64,000 nt of DNA from Blastocatellia bacterium (lineage in GTDB: Bacteria; Acidobacteriota; Blastocatellia; UBA7656): positions 198-64,197 of the forward strand of contig JBIOWC010000196.1 of the NCBI GenBank assembly GCA_044868105.1. Reading direction: 5' to 3'. How positions within the stretch are numbered: the stretch's first letter is position 1; each line of letters opens with the position of its first letter. Made by a program: the position numbers and the translations under genes. Of the stretch, positions 1 to 9,184 are shown in pieces. The notes under the pieces were generated by a model. The model saw only the letters and a list, made by a program, of their open reading frames with translations. It had not been told where the DNA came from and ran no database searches.

Positions 1-2184
1 AAACCGGTTAATGCCGTCGCCTTTTCACCGGATGGAAAATATGTGCTGACGGGAAGCGATGACCATAGCGCGCGTTTATGGAATGTTAAAACGGCTAAGG
101 AAGTACGCCAATTCAGAGGGCATACCAGTCCGATTAACTCCGTCGCTTTTTCGCCTGACGGCCGATTGGTTTTAACCGGAAGCGGCGAAGCTTTTAAGCT
201 GCATAACGATAACCAAGCGTGCTTATGGGATACCCTGAGCGGTAAACAATTGCGGAGTTTTCCGGCGCTTTCGCCCTCGGTCAGCAGTGCAATATTTTCT
301 CCGGACGGCCAGTATGTTCTCACCTGTAATAGCGCCGGGCTGGTTGGCAAAGCCCACAACGCTGTACAGATGTGGAGTGTGCAAACGGGAAAAGAGGTCA
401 GGCGATTTAGCGGTCTTTCGACGTCCGTCAATGCCGTGGTGATGTCGCCTGATGGCAAGTATGTGTTTGCCGGGGGCGATGATTACCTCACCATGGTATG
501 GGACGCTTCAACGGGTAAGGAATTATGTCGTCTATTATCGTTCCAAAATGGCGACTGGGTCGTCGTGGATTCCGTCGGACGCTTCGATACCAACAATCTT
601 GAAGAGGTCAAAGGATTACATTGGATTATGCCTGATGATCCGCTGCGCCCTTTGCCGCTTGAGATTTTTATGCGCGATTACTATGAACCCCGCTTGTTAC
701 CGAGAATCCTGCGCGGCGAGCGCTTTAGCGAACCGAAAAGACTTTCCGAGGTGAACCGTGCCCAACCAAAGGTTGAGATTGTCGGCATCGAAAAATCGCC
801 AGACTCATCCGATTCGGTAACCGTTACCGTAAAAGTATCCCGGTCATCAGAAACGTTTGGCATCGGCGATAAGCGCATAAAACGCGAGACCGAAGTCTAT
901 GATTTGCGATTGTTTCGCAACGGGCAAATCGTCGGGCAATTTCCGGAGTATGAAAATTCCTCTCTGGTTTCTCGTCAAGCCATGTCATTCGCAGAAGAGT
1001 TAATGGTTTGGAGAAAAAACTCGCAGATCAATCTCAACCCGGGTGGCAGTAGAACCATTAAATTTGAAAAGGTGAAACTGCCCCGCACAAGCGATTCCGG
1101 CGAGCTAGAGTTTTCCGCTTATGCGTTTAATGACGATCGTATAAAAAGCCCGTTGTCCCGGATGACGTATGAAAATCCGGAATCGGCATCACCCGTGAAA
1201 GGGCGCGCCTATGTGGTAATGGTAGGAGTCAATGCTTACGAAAATTCCGATTGTGATTTGGCATTTGCAGCCAATGATGTGCGACAGATGCGAAATACGT
1301 TTGTCAAAAAAATCAAAGAAAACGGACAGTATGAAGAGGTAGTCGAAATCCCCCTTACCTCAGATTATGAAGAGAGCGCCAACGGGATTCACCGAGTCAC
1401 CCAACAGCTAGCGACCAAACGTAATATCAAAGCGGTTTTAGATTTGCTTGGCGGTAAACCGCTTGATGAAAAAGTAGCAAAAGGACTACCCAACGTCGAA
1501 AAGATAAGACCGGCGCAACCGGACGATTTGGTCTTGATATTCTTTTCCGGTCATGGCTACGCCGACGAAAAAGGCAATTTTTTTATTGTCCCTTATGATG
1601 TTGGCAAAGGTCGGGTCTGCGCTTTAACGGATGATCTCTTAAATCATTCGATAAACAGTGAAGAGTTAAGCGCCTGGCTTAAATATATAGACGGAGGAGA
1701 AATGTTGATGATTGTGGATACCTGCTATGCGGCGGCGGCGGTCGAGAATAAGCTTTTCAAGCCCGGTCCGATGGGCAGTCGCGGACTCGGGCAATTGGCT
1801 TATGATAAAGGCATGAAAATTCTGGCATCCACACAGGAGGATAATATCGCTGGAGAGATCCGCACGGTTGGGAAAGCGCTGGTCGAACAAGGGTTGTTAT
1901 CTTATGTGCTCACCAGAGAGGGAATAGAAGAAGGCTTGGCTGATTTCAAGCCGAAGGATGGTGTGATTACCATCAGTGAATGGCTGTTATATAGTGTTGA
2001 GCGCGTGCCGCAAATATATAAGGCTAAGTTACAGGAACTCGCTCAACGAGACCAAGACAATAAAGCCAATCCACTTAAACAACAAAGCGGAAAACCCGCC
2101 ATAGAAGTTAATGAGCCTATACAGCAACCTTCATTATTTGATTTCACGAGGAATCGCAAAGACCAGGTATTATTCAAGAAGTGA
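1..2184 (+). CDS. WD40-repeat protein fused to a caspase-like (peptidase C14) domain; 5'-partial because the reading frame is open to window position 1
   Basis: Frame 1 stays open from nt 1 (KPVNAVAFSPDGKYVLTGSDDHSARLWNV...). The N-terminal half has repeated WD40 units (SPDG..V(L/F)TGS, LWD, MWSV). The C-terminal half has a caspase His/Cys dyad context (LIFFSGHGYADEKGNFFIV, then MLMIVDTCYAAAAV). Confidence 0.75.
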   Translation, partial: KPVNAVAFSPDGKYVLTGSDDHSARLWNVKTAKEVRQFRGHTSPINSVAFSPDGRLVLTGSGEAFKLHNDNQACLWDTLSGKQLRSFPALSPSVSSAIFSPDGQYVLTCNSAGLVGKAHNAVQMWSVQTGKEVRRFSGLSTSVNAVVMSPDGKYVFAGGDDYLTMVWDASTGKELCRLLSFQNGDWVVVDSVGRFDTNNLEEVKGLHWIMPDDPLRPLPLEIFMRDYYEPRLLPRILRGERFSEPKRLSEVNRAQPKVEIVGIEKSPDSSDSVTVTVKVSRSSETFGIGDKRIKRETEVYDLRLFRNGQIVGQFPEYENSSLVSRQAMSFAEELMVWRKNSQINLNPGGSRTIKFEKVKLPRTSDSGELEFSAYAFNDDRIKSPLSRMTYENPESASPVKGRAYVVMVGVNAYENSDCDLAFAANDVRQMRNTFVKKIKENGQYEEVVEIPLTSDYEESANGIHRVTQQLATKRNIKAVLDLLGGKPLDEKVAKGLPNVEKIRPAQPDDLVLIFFSGHGYADEKGNFFIVPYDVGKGRVCALTDDLLNHSINSEELSAWLKYIDGGEMLMIVDTCYAAAAVENKLFKPGPMGSRGLGQLAYDKGMKILASTQEDNIAGEIRTVGKALVEQGLLSYVLTREGIEEGLADFKPKDGVITISEWLLYSVERVPQIYKAKLQELAQRDQDNKANPLKQQSGKPAIEVNEPIQQPSLFDFTRNRKDQVLFKK

Positions 2185-2329
2185 ACCTGATATCGGAGAC
2201 GAACTGCACATTTGGAAAGCTTGAAAGGATATGGCGCAAAGCGCCCTCCTCTTTGACGGGCAAATTAGCCTCCGTTATCTTGGCGATGCCTGAAGCTAGA
2301 ACCGCTGGCTCATCGGAATACTGAAAGGT

Positions 2330-2700
2330 GGGCGCAGGGGGCAAAGCTCGTGATGGAAAACCACCAGGCTCACGGTCCTGATTCCCAAAGACTGCGGGAA
2401 CCGTTAGGCTCGTAATGGAAAACCACCGGGCTCACCATCAGGGCTCAACTTCCCCGCTGATCGGGCGGAGGCGGCCGGTGAACGCGGATTTTTAAGAGTC
2501 AAGCATCTACCTTGATCGCAAGGGTCAAGCATCCGCGTTGATGGTGAGGGTTAAGCATCCGCGTTGATCGGCACCATCAGCCTGATCAGCGGGGAAGCCC
2601 CAAGGTGAACCCCCGACTCGCTGATTTTCCCTGAGCCCGCTCACCTTTACTCCCACCGCTCGCTAATTTTTCCTGAGCCCTCGCGGCCTCTTCAAAGAGC
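2330..2700. repeat. Repeat-dense non-coding region (several direct, tandem and inverted repeat families) downstream of the WD40-caspase gene
   Basis: Direct repeats GCTCGTGATGGAAAACCACCAGGCTCAC (2346-2373) and GCTCGTAATGGAAAACCACCGGGCTCAC (2408-2435). Three tandem ~23-bp units GTCAAGCATC(TA/CG)C(CT/GT)TGAT(C/G)G (2498-2570). Inverted pair TTCCCCGCTGATC / GATCAGCGGGGAA (2450-2462 / 2584-2596). Direct repeats CTCGCTGATTTTCCCTGAGCCCGCTCACC / CTCGCTAATTTTTCCTGAGCCCTCGCGGCC (2608-2688). Confidence 0.6.
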
Positions 2701-2781
2701 ACTCCGCCGAAGCGCAGCACCAGGGTTCTTGCGGCCACCCCTTATAACCAATCGCCATTCGCCATAGTCACGCGATTTAAC

Positions 2782-4791
2782 TTGAGCGTGGGTGACGTAT
2801 TGACTATGCTAGCTGCGCGATTTATGGCAAAGATTTCCTCGCGACTACGATTCTTGACTGAGATAAGCGAATGGTTATCCCGTAGCATCGCCAAACCATC
2901 AGCAGCAAAACCACGTCGTAAACAATGGCTCATCATCTGTGTCAGTATTTTTCTCATCGGGGTCGGTGTGCGCTTGTTGCACTGGCAAGACCTCACGGTT
3001 GAGCTTCAGCAGCAAGAAGAGATGATGCCCGGTCTGGCAAAACATTACAAACAAGAAGCCAAACAGATGCTCGACGAGGGCTACCTCCTTTATCCGGCAA
3101 GCCCGGTTGACCCGGGCGATGCGCGACTCATCTTGCATCCGCCGGGATATGCGTTTTTGATGGCCATCATTTTTCGGCTTTCCGGCGCAATTGATTCGCC
3201 GATCAGGCTGGCGCAAATCATCGGTGACTCACTTGCAGCGGTGTTGATTTTTTTCATTGCTGCAGAATTGTTTCGCCAAGCGATTGCCGTGCTTGCCGGA
3301 TTTCTGGTCGCCTTGTCGCCGCATTTTGCTCACTACTCGCTCTGGCTTTCACCCGATACCTTGCCGGTCTTACCGATATTGATTGCCGCATGGCTTATCA
3401 TTAAAGCGAGCCAGCGACCACGCCTCCCGACGGTCATTCTTGCCGGGGCTATGCTCGGATTATCCTGCTGGCTGCGCGCCAATGCCCTGTTGATTGCCCC
3501 GTTTTTTGCGGTCGCCGTTTTTTTTACCATTGAGCGCAGTAAACGCCTGCTCTATCCTGTCGCGCTGGTTGGCGCGATGGTCGTGGTGATTTCGCCAATC
3601 ACCATTCGCAATTGGATTCTCTATCATCACTTCATTCCAGTTTCGATAGCCGGAGGTGAAAACCTGGTGGTCGGTATTGCCGATGTTGATAAAGAAAAGC
3701 GTTTCGGGATGCCGGCATCGGATGATGAAGCTTCTGACAAAGATGCCGAGTGGCACAACCGCCCGGATTATGCGGTGAGCCTCTGGTCGCCCGATGGCAT
3801 TGAACGCGACCAGTATCGTTACCGGCGCGGGCTTGAAGTCATTCGCGCCAACCCCCGCTGGTTTTTAGGCGCGATGGCTAAACGCGCTATCTTTATGTTG
3901 CGCTATAACGATGCAATTCCTTCGACCTGGCCCTTCAATACGGCTAACGTGCCGTTGGTTGCTGCTGAACCCTCGGTCGGGCAAGCCCCCCTAAGCTTTG
4001 CGGACCAACAACCCACCTGGTCAGCCGATGCCAATCAATTACTGGCTGAAGGAGAACAACTGGCGAAAGCGGCTGAACTAGCCAGCGACGCAAGTGGGCT
4101 CGCGCTACGCGGTGACGGCTCGGCATTTGGAGATCAGTTTCAATCCACAAAGCTTGCGGTTGAACGGCACACCGATTACGCCATCACCTTTTCGGGAAAA
4201 GTCGTGCAGGGTGAAATGGGCATCAAAGTAACCGACGTGAACCGACGCATCACTCTCGATTCGATAATTTTTGCGCAAGACGAAAAAGTAAAGCAGAACG
4301 CTACAAATGGAGAGAGCGAGCCAGCCAAGCAAACGCGCACCCTGTTGTTTACCAGTGGCAACCGTTCGGAAGTGCGTCTGGTGATAAGCAACGATAGAGC
4401 CGATGCCAGGCATCCCGAAATTCGCATCGCAGAGGTTAAATTGTTCAATCTCGGGCCAACTCCCTATCGCTGGACGCGCTATCCGCGTTTGCTGGTTCGC
4501 GCCATTCAGAAAAATATTTTTCAGACGAAATTTTTATTGCCGTTGGTGATTGTCGGTGTGGCGTTGTTGATTTGGGCGCGGGCGCGAAAGTCATTGATTT
4601 TTTTACTCACCGTGCCAACTTACTATATGCTCATCCATTCAGCGTTAAGCACAGAGTATCGTTACATTCTCGCCATTCATTATTTCTTCTTTATCATCGC
4701 CAGCGTGACGCTGTGTTGCTTAAGCCTCGCCGTCAAACAAAGCGCAACCTATTCGCTGAACAAATTCAAAGCTGTCAAAAGCTCGTCCTGA
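2782..4791 (+). CDS. Polytopic membrane glycosyltransferase, family 39 (ArnT/PMT-like) architecture, with a long C-terminal soluble region and a terminal TM segment
   Basis: The 669-aa ORF has more than 10 predicted hydrophobic helices in its first ~300 aa. GT39-like N-terminal loop motifs are present (DEGYLLYPASP..., HPPGYAFLMAIIFRLSG). A hydrophilic ~250-aa domain follows, then a final hydrophobic stretch. Confidence 0.5.
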   Translation: MSVGDVLTMLAARFMAKISSRLRFLTEISEWLSRSIAKPSAAKPRRKQWLIICVSIFLIGVGVRLLHWQDLTVELQQQEEMMPGLAKHYKQEAKQMLDEGYLLYPASPVDPGDARLILHPPGYAFLMAIIFRLSGAIDSPIRLAQIIGDSLAAVLIFFIAAELFRQAIAVLAGFLVALSPHFAHYSLWLSPDTLPVLPILIAAWLIIKASQRPRLPTVILAGAMLGLSCWLRANALLIAPFFAVAVFFTIERSKRLLYPVALVGAMVVVISPITIRNWILYHHFIPVSIAGGENLVVGIADVDKEKRFGMPASDDEASDKDAEWHNRPDYAVSLWSPDGIERDQYRYRRGLEVIRANPRWFLGAMAKRAIFMLRYNDAIPSTWPFNTANVPLVAAEPSVGQAPLSFADQQPTWSADANQLLAEGEQLAKAAELASDASGLALRGDGSAFGDQFQSTKLAVERHTDYAITFSGKVVQGEMGIKVTDVNRRITLDSIIFAQDEKVKQNATNGESEPAKQTRTLLFTSGNRSEVRLVISNDRADARHPEIRIAEVKLFNLGPTPYRWTRYPRLLVRAIQKNIFQTKFLLPLVIVGVALLIWARARKSLIFLLTVPTYYMLIHSALSTEYRYILAIHYFFFIIASVTLCCLSLAVKQSATYSLNKFKAVKSSS

Positions 4792-4794
4792 AAC

Positions 4795-5733
4795 TTACCC
4801 CGTGGCGCTTGCGCACTGTAACGGCGTAAAGGGAACGAAGGCCTTTTCGCGTTCCAGTTTTTCTAAAATCACCTCGGCATGGGCGGCCTCGCGAATTAAA
4901 GATTTGAGCGTTGCAATTTGCCTGGCGGTTTCCAATTCGCATTGTAATTCGGCAAAAATTTGTGTCCGCTGCGCTCTTGAGAGGTGACCTTTGACGCGCT
5001 CGATTTGGGTGACCACCCCTTGCTGACCAACTTGCACCAGGCGGAAAAAGCTCATGAGGATTTCGAGAAGGCGTTCCAACTGAGGGTTCAACAACCTCTT
5101 TTCACTAAAGAGTAGCAATCCGCTGCCGTGATGGCGCGCTTCGTCTTTCAGGATATTTTCAAATACTTGTTTGAGCGCTGCGCTGTGGCACCCCTTCATC
5201 AGGGCGTTGTAATGCTTGATTCCCCAACCTTCGAGGATGACCTGGACGACATAAGTCAAGGTGGTTTTATCTTCGTGTTGCAAAATTTCACTGAGCAGTT
5301 GAATGAACGGCTGGTGCAGGCAATCGGCAATCGCGTCTTGCGCGGTGAATTTTGCAAGCCAACTGAAATGCGTCGCTTCGTCTGCAGCAAACAAACTATA
5401 GAGCATCTTCTCTTGAGTGGTTTCGGCAAGCAGACACATCTTCGGCGCGAAATACATTCCGCATTTTTCAATGTAATAAGATTCAGCCAACAGGCTGGCG
5501 CTGCACGCTCGCAATATTTTTTCTCGCTCTTCATCGCTTGATTGTTGGAATATCGCAACCCTGTTCAAACGGAACTGCTCGGCCGGCCAAAAGGCCTGAG
5601 AGGTCAGGTCGCCAGGCGTTTGAAAAGCCGTTTTACTTTTCAACGCGGATGCGAGAATGGGGTTGAGAAGATGCGCTGCGCCGGAGTCGGGTGAATCAAG
5701 ACGGGGTTCAATTTGAATGGTTGCTTCGGTCAT
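4795..5733 (-). CDS. Ferritin-like di-iron carboxylate protein (AurF/desaturase-like oxygenase fold), last gene of the oxygenase operon
   Basis: 312 aa with two E...EXXH half-sites (LLAESYYIEKCG / ADEATHFSW and VILEGWGIKHY / KDEARHHGSG). The 36-bp gap to the upstream SDR gene suggests co-transcription. Confidence 0.55.
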   Translation of the reverse strand: MTEATIQIEPRLDSPDSGAAHLLNPILASALKSKTAFQTPGDLTSQAFWPAEQFRLNRVAIFQQSSDEEREKILRACSASLLAESYYIEKCGMYFAPKMCLLAETTQEKMLYSLFAADEATHFSWLAKFTAQDAIADCLHQPFIQLLSEILQHEDKTTLTYVVQVILEGWGIKHYNALMKGCHSAALKQVFENILKDEARHHGSGLLLFSEKRLLNPQLERLLEILMSFFRLVQVGQQGVVTQIERVKGHLSRAQRTQIFAELQCELETARQIATLKSLIREAAHAEVILEKLEREKAFVPFTPLQCASATG

Positions 5734-5769
5734 TGGGTCAGCTATTTCTGTTAGGGCAGAGTCAAACTC

Positions 5770-6630
5770 TTATGTCTCACCCGAAAAAATCTTTTTGTAC
5801 ACCGAAGAAAAAACTACGGTTTGCAAAGCTTCGGGCAAAGCGCGTTTTGCTGCGTAAACACTTTTTGCATCCTTGCCGCACCGCACCCGCAAGGGCATCC
5901 GTTTCATAGAAGCGAGTCGCATCACGGCACGAATAACCGGCGCCGGTGAGTTGCCTGTTCCCATCGCGCGCTGCTCACGGTAACGCCGGTAAGCTTCACT
6001 TTGCTTTCGATAAACCGAATGTTCATCAAAGCAGTGCGCGCCCCAGACCAGTTTTTCGGCAAAGCCGGTGCGAAAAGCGCCCGGTTCAACCAGGGCAACT
6101 TGTACGCCGTGCGGGCGAAGTTCGTGATATAACCCTTCGGAAAAACCTTCGACGGCAAATTTGCTGGCACAGTACAGCGTTGACATCGGCATCGCCGTAT
6201 AGCCCAGCACAGACGAAAGGTTGATAATGCGCCCGCGCGCTTTTCTAATTTGCGGCAACAGGCTGCGGGTCACGGCAACCAGGCCGAAAAAATTGACTTC
6301 CATCTGCGCGCGAATCTGTTCGTCGGATAAATCTTCGACAGCGCCAAACAAACCATAACCGGCGTTGTTGACCAGACAATCTAATTTGCCATCGAAATGT
6401 TTTTCAATAAACTCGAAGGCGGTTTGGCGTTCCGCTTCGCTTGTCACATCCAGGGAAAGCAAAAATAACCGTTCGGCATGCGCAACCATCTCCTCTTTGA
6501 AAATCTCGCGACGCGCTGGCGCCTTGCGCATCGTCGCAATAACCGTCCAGCCATCGCGTAGAAATTCCGGCACTAACAAACGACCAAATCCCGATGAGCA
6601 GCCGGTTATCAAAACGGTTTTGTTATTCAT
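5770..6630 (-). CDS. Short-chain dehydrogenase/reductase (SDR) family oxidoreductase
   Basis: N-terminal TGCSSGFG Rossmann motif, NNAG, catalytic S...YCASK tetrad context, 286 aa. Confidence 0.85.
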   Translation of the reverse strand: MNNKTVLITGCSSGFGRLLVPEFLRDGWTVIATMRKAPARREIFKEEMVAHAERLFLLSLDVTSEAERQTAFEFIEKHFDGKLDCLVNNAGYGLFGAVEDLSDEQIRAQMEVNFFGLVAVTRSLLPQIRKARGRIINLSSVLGYTAMPMSTLYCASKFAVEGFSEGLYHELRPHGVQVALVEPGAFRTGFAEKLVWGAHCFDEHSVYRKQSEAYRRYREQRAMGTGNSPAPVIRAVMRLASMKRMPLRVRCGKDAKSVYAAKRALPEALQTVVFSSVYKKIFSGET

Positions 6631-6646
6631 GCCTTTCCTCTAAAGC

Positions 6647-7486
6647 TTAACGCAGACGTTTGCCAACGGCGCCTTGCTTGACCGCCGGACTGCCGATTTT
6701 TTGTCCCCACCGGGCTAGGGGTTTTATCAAGCGGTCAACGATGAAACCCTTTATTGCGTATTGAAATGGCATCCGCAGCGTCATGCGGGCAAGGCACGCG
6801 AGTTCCAACCCTTGTTGCCAACCGGGATTCGCGCTTTGAAAAAAAGCGATTTTCGGATTCGTCTCAACCAGCGATGCTGAAATATTCGCCACCCCGGTTT
6901 TCAAATGACACGCCGCTTCCTGCGGATGAATCAACCCGCTGGCCGCGTCATATTCACCTGGATAAAGCAGCGAATAAAATCTATTCATCAGTGTTTTTTT
7001 ATCTTCAGGCGTTGGCTTATTAAAACGCGGGTAATAGTCAGTGAAATTATTCGCCATCATCAGGTAGGTTTTGTAACCCTTGCTGATTAATAACCAGTAG
7101 AGCGGTGAAGCAGGTCGCCGCAATTTTTCTTTAAAGAGATACCCAAGAAACGCTTTGCCGAGCGTGCGCTGTCCCCAGAACGATTTTTCCAGCACCGTGT
7201 CGCCGCTGAAGATGGCGCGATATTCTTTGCCGCCCAGCTCGACGCTGAGTTTCATTATTGTAGAAAAGCCTTGAACCTGTTGGTTGCGCTCGTCGAGTAA
7301 AAGAATTACGTCATGCTTTTTCGCGAGGTCTTTTAAGAATTGTTCGCGGGTCACCGGCTCATAATAGTTCTGCATCAATTCAAACATGCGCATTTTGTGA
7401 GCCAGTGTGAGCTTTGTAGCAGGCACCACCTGAGCTTTCAATTTGCCATTCGCACGACGAGTTGAATCACTATTTTGCTTATTCAT
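6647..7486 (-). CDS. Hypothetical protein, possibly a GNAT-fold acyltransferase; function uncertain
   Basis: 279-aa soluble ORF, translationally coupled to its neighbours (16-bp gap to the SDR, 4-bp overlap with the Rieske gene). I recognise no catalytic motif with confidence. The size and context resemble N-acyltransferases found in lipid-tailoring clusters. Confidence 0.3.
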   Translation of the reverse strand: MNKQNSDSTRRANGKLKAQVVPATKLTLAHKMRMFELMQNYYEPVTREQFLKDLAKKHDVILLLDERNQQVQGFSTIMKLSVELGGKEYRAIFSGDTVLEKSFWGQRTLGKAFLGYLFKEKLRRPASPLYWLLISKGYKTYLMMANNFTDYYPRFNKPTPEDKKTLMNRFYSLLYPGEYDAASGLIHPQEAACHLKTGVANISASLVETNPKIAFFQSANPGWQQGLELACLARMTLRMPFQYAIKGFIVDRLIKPLARWGQKIGSPAVKQGAVGKRLR

Positions 7487-8565
7487 TTTGCTTCTCGCTC
7501 AAGATAATTTTGTGCCCGGACGCTGGGAATAACTTTCAGACGCGGCGGCTCGCTCTTGGGTTCGCTGTCCAACGGCAAGCCCCAATCCAGGGTTGTTTGC
7601 CCTTCTGCGTGTTGAATGAATTGAATGATGGCGGCATCGGCTTTAATCGGTGTACGCAGATTAAATTTAATGGTTTTGAAAATCAGCGTGTCGCCTTTTG
7701 CAAAATAGGCGCCGACAATGCGGGTCAGGACGAGCAACACCAAGCTGAACAATTTGCCGAATAAACCTTGCCGTTTTTTGGTCAGCAAGATGGTTTGTCC
7801 CTCACTCTGCCCGTCTTTTGTTGGTCGCAGAGCAAACATAATATGAAAGTGTAAGAAATCAGGTCCCACGGTCACCGTACCGGTGCTGGCAAAAAAATAG
7901 CAGAGGTCATAGGTCAAACGCTGGCGATAAAAATGCCCGAGAAAGCGCGTCCACCAGCGCGACTGGGGAATCGCTGTGGTATTGGTAAATTTGATGCAGC
8001 TCTGGCTGATGATAGTCGGCTCAAGATTTAAATCAACTGGAAGATGATGAACCGAATTGAAATGCTGTGCGTCAATGGCGTTAATCATCATGACATTCGG
8101 ATGACAGGCTTTGACGAAGCGGTTAGCAAGCCGGTAATCACAGGCGGGAGTTTCAAGTTCGGGCACGAACGGCAACGGGTGCGCCGGCCCCTGCCCGGCC
8201 CAAATCCAAATCAAGCCATACGCTTCTTCAACGCGCCAGGTTTGCAGTTGCGGAACGAACGAACAATTGTCCTGGCAGGGAATCTCCAGGCAACGACCAT
8301 CGCTATTGTATTTCCAGTAATGAAACAGGCAACGAATCGCTTCACCTTCGATTTTGCCTTCGGCAAGATGTGCGCCCATATGCGGACAAAAAGCATCCAT
8401 TGCGTAAACGCGCCCGCTTTCTCCGCGATACAAAACCAGCTCGCGCCCGAAAAAATTGCAGGCTCGCGGGCGCGGGTGTTTAAGCTGGCGTGAAGGCATA
8501 ACCCAATACCAACCTTCAATAATTTTTTCAGCGTTGTTGAAGGTTCGCGTGTTTGTCCGTGTCAT
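7483..8565 (-). CDS. Rieske [2Fe-2S] non-heme iron oxygenase (PAO/KshA-like single-component alpha subunit)
   Basis: Rieske ligands CPHMGAHL ... CLFHYWKY (CXH-X(15-17)-CXXH). The mononuclear-iron motif DAQHFNSVHH follows. The C-terminus is hydrophobic, suggesting a membrane-associated tail. 360 aa. Confidence 0.8.
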   Translation of the reverse strand: MTRTNTRTFNNAEKIIEGWYWVMPSRQLKHPRPRACNFFGRELVLYRGESGRVYAMDAFCPHMGAHLAEGKIEGEAIRCLFHYWKYNSDGRCLEIPCQDNCSFVPQLQTWRVEEAYGLIWIWAGQGPAHPLPFVPELETPACDYRLANRFVKACHPNVMMINAIDAQHFNSVHHLPVDLNLEPTIISQSCIKFTNTTAIPQSRWWTRFLGHFYRQRLTYDLCYFFASTGTVTVGPDFLHFHIMFALRPTKDGQSEGQTILLTKKRQGLFGKLFSLVLLVLTRIVGAYFAKGDTLIFKTIKFNLRTPIKADAAIIQFIQHAEGQTTLDWGLPLDSEPKSEPPRLKVIPSVRAQNYLEREAK

Positions 8566-8622
8566 GATGCGCTCGCTTGCCTGATTGATAACACGCCCGG
8601 AAGTGTTTGTAGCGTTAGTCTC

Positions 8623-9066
8623 TCACAGTTCATCTATTGTGACAACGTCGAATTGTTGTTTGACTATGGCGACAAAAATCTCCGGCAAGTTAGCCGCATC
8701 GCCAGATAAGTTATCGCAGAAATACAGGCGGTCTTCTTCGATTGCCCGGTAGACATCAGGTTTTTTGCCATCTCGTTGATTTGCCAAATGCAGATTGTAT
8801 AGGTTGCAGGCTGAATTGTAAGCAACCTGAAAGGGCAATTTCTTGACCCGCACCTCGGCCACTTTTAAATCCATCGCCGGGATGCGGATTTTGAATTCAA
8901 GGCCTATTTCACCTTTAAGAAAAACTGCATCTTGTGGAAAAGACCGAGAAAATTCTTCGCCAGAAAAGCCAATCACTAAACCATACCGTGTATTTTTAAC
9001 ATACGAGGTATGCCATTTCGTACAGCCTTTACAATGTTTTTGGCTTGTAATGAATGGGTACAGCAC
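8623..9066 (-). CDS. Hypothetical protein (first ORF of the oxygenase operon; start uncertain)
   Basis: 147-aa ORF, 57 bp upstream of the Rieske gene on the same strand. Only a CxxC pair is seen near the N-terminus (HCKGCTKWH); no other recognisable motif. Confidence 0.3.
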   Translation of the reverse strand: MLYPFITSQKHCKGCTKWHTSYVKNTRYGLVIGFSGEEFSRSFPQDAVFLKGEIGLEFKIRIPAMDLKVAEVRVKKLPFQVAYNSACNLYNLHLANQRDGKKPDVYRAIEEDRLYFCDNLSGDAANLPEIFVAIVKQQFDVVTIDEL

Positions 9067-9184
9067 AGCTATTTTTTGAAATATCGTGAATTATCCGATT
9101 CAGAGTGATATGCGTTTTGAGGCATCTGAATTGCTCATGCCATTTATCATTCGAATAAACCAGATTGAGGTGGAGGAAAAAATA

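Noticed and set aside
2498-2570. Three tandem ~23-bp repeats, considered as a possible mini-CRISPR array
   Set aside because: There are only three imperfect units, the intervening 'spacers' are 3-6 bp, and there is no leader or cas genes. I describe them as an ordinary repeat region instead.
4791-4795. 3-bp separation of convergent stop codons (glycosyltransferase + / di-iron protein -), considered as a possible mis-called gene end
   Set aside because: Both ORFs are well supported to their stops. Tightly convergent ends are common, and no frameshift signature was seen.
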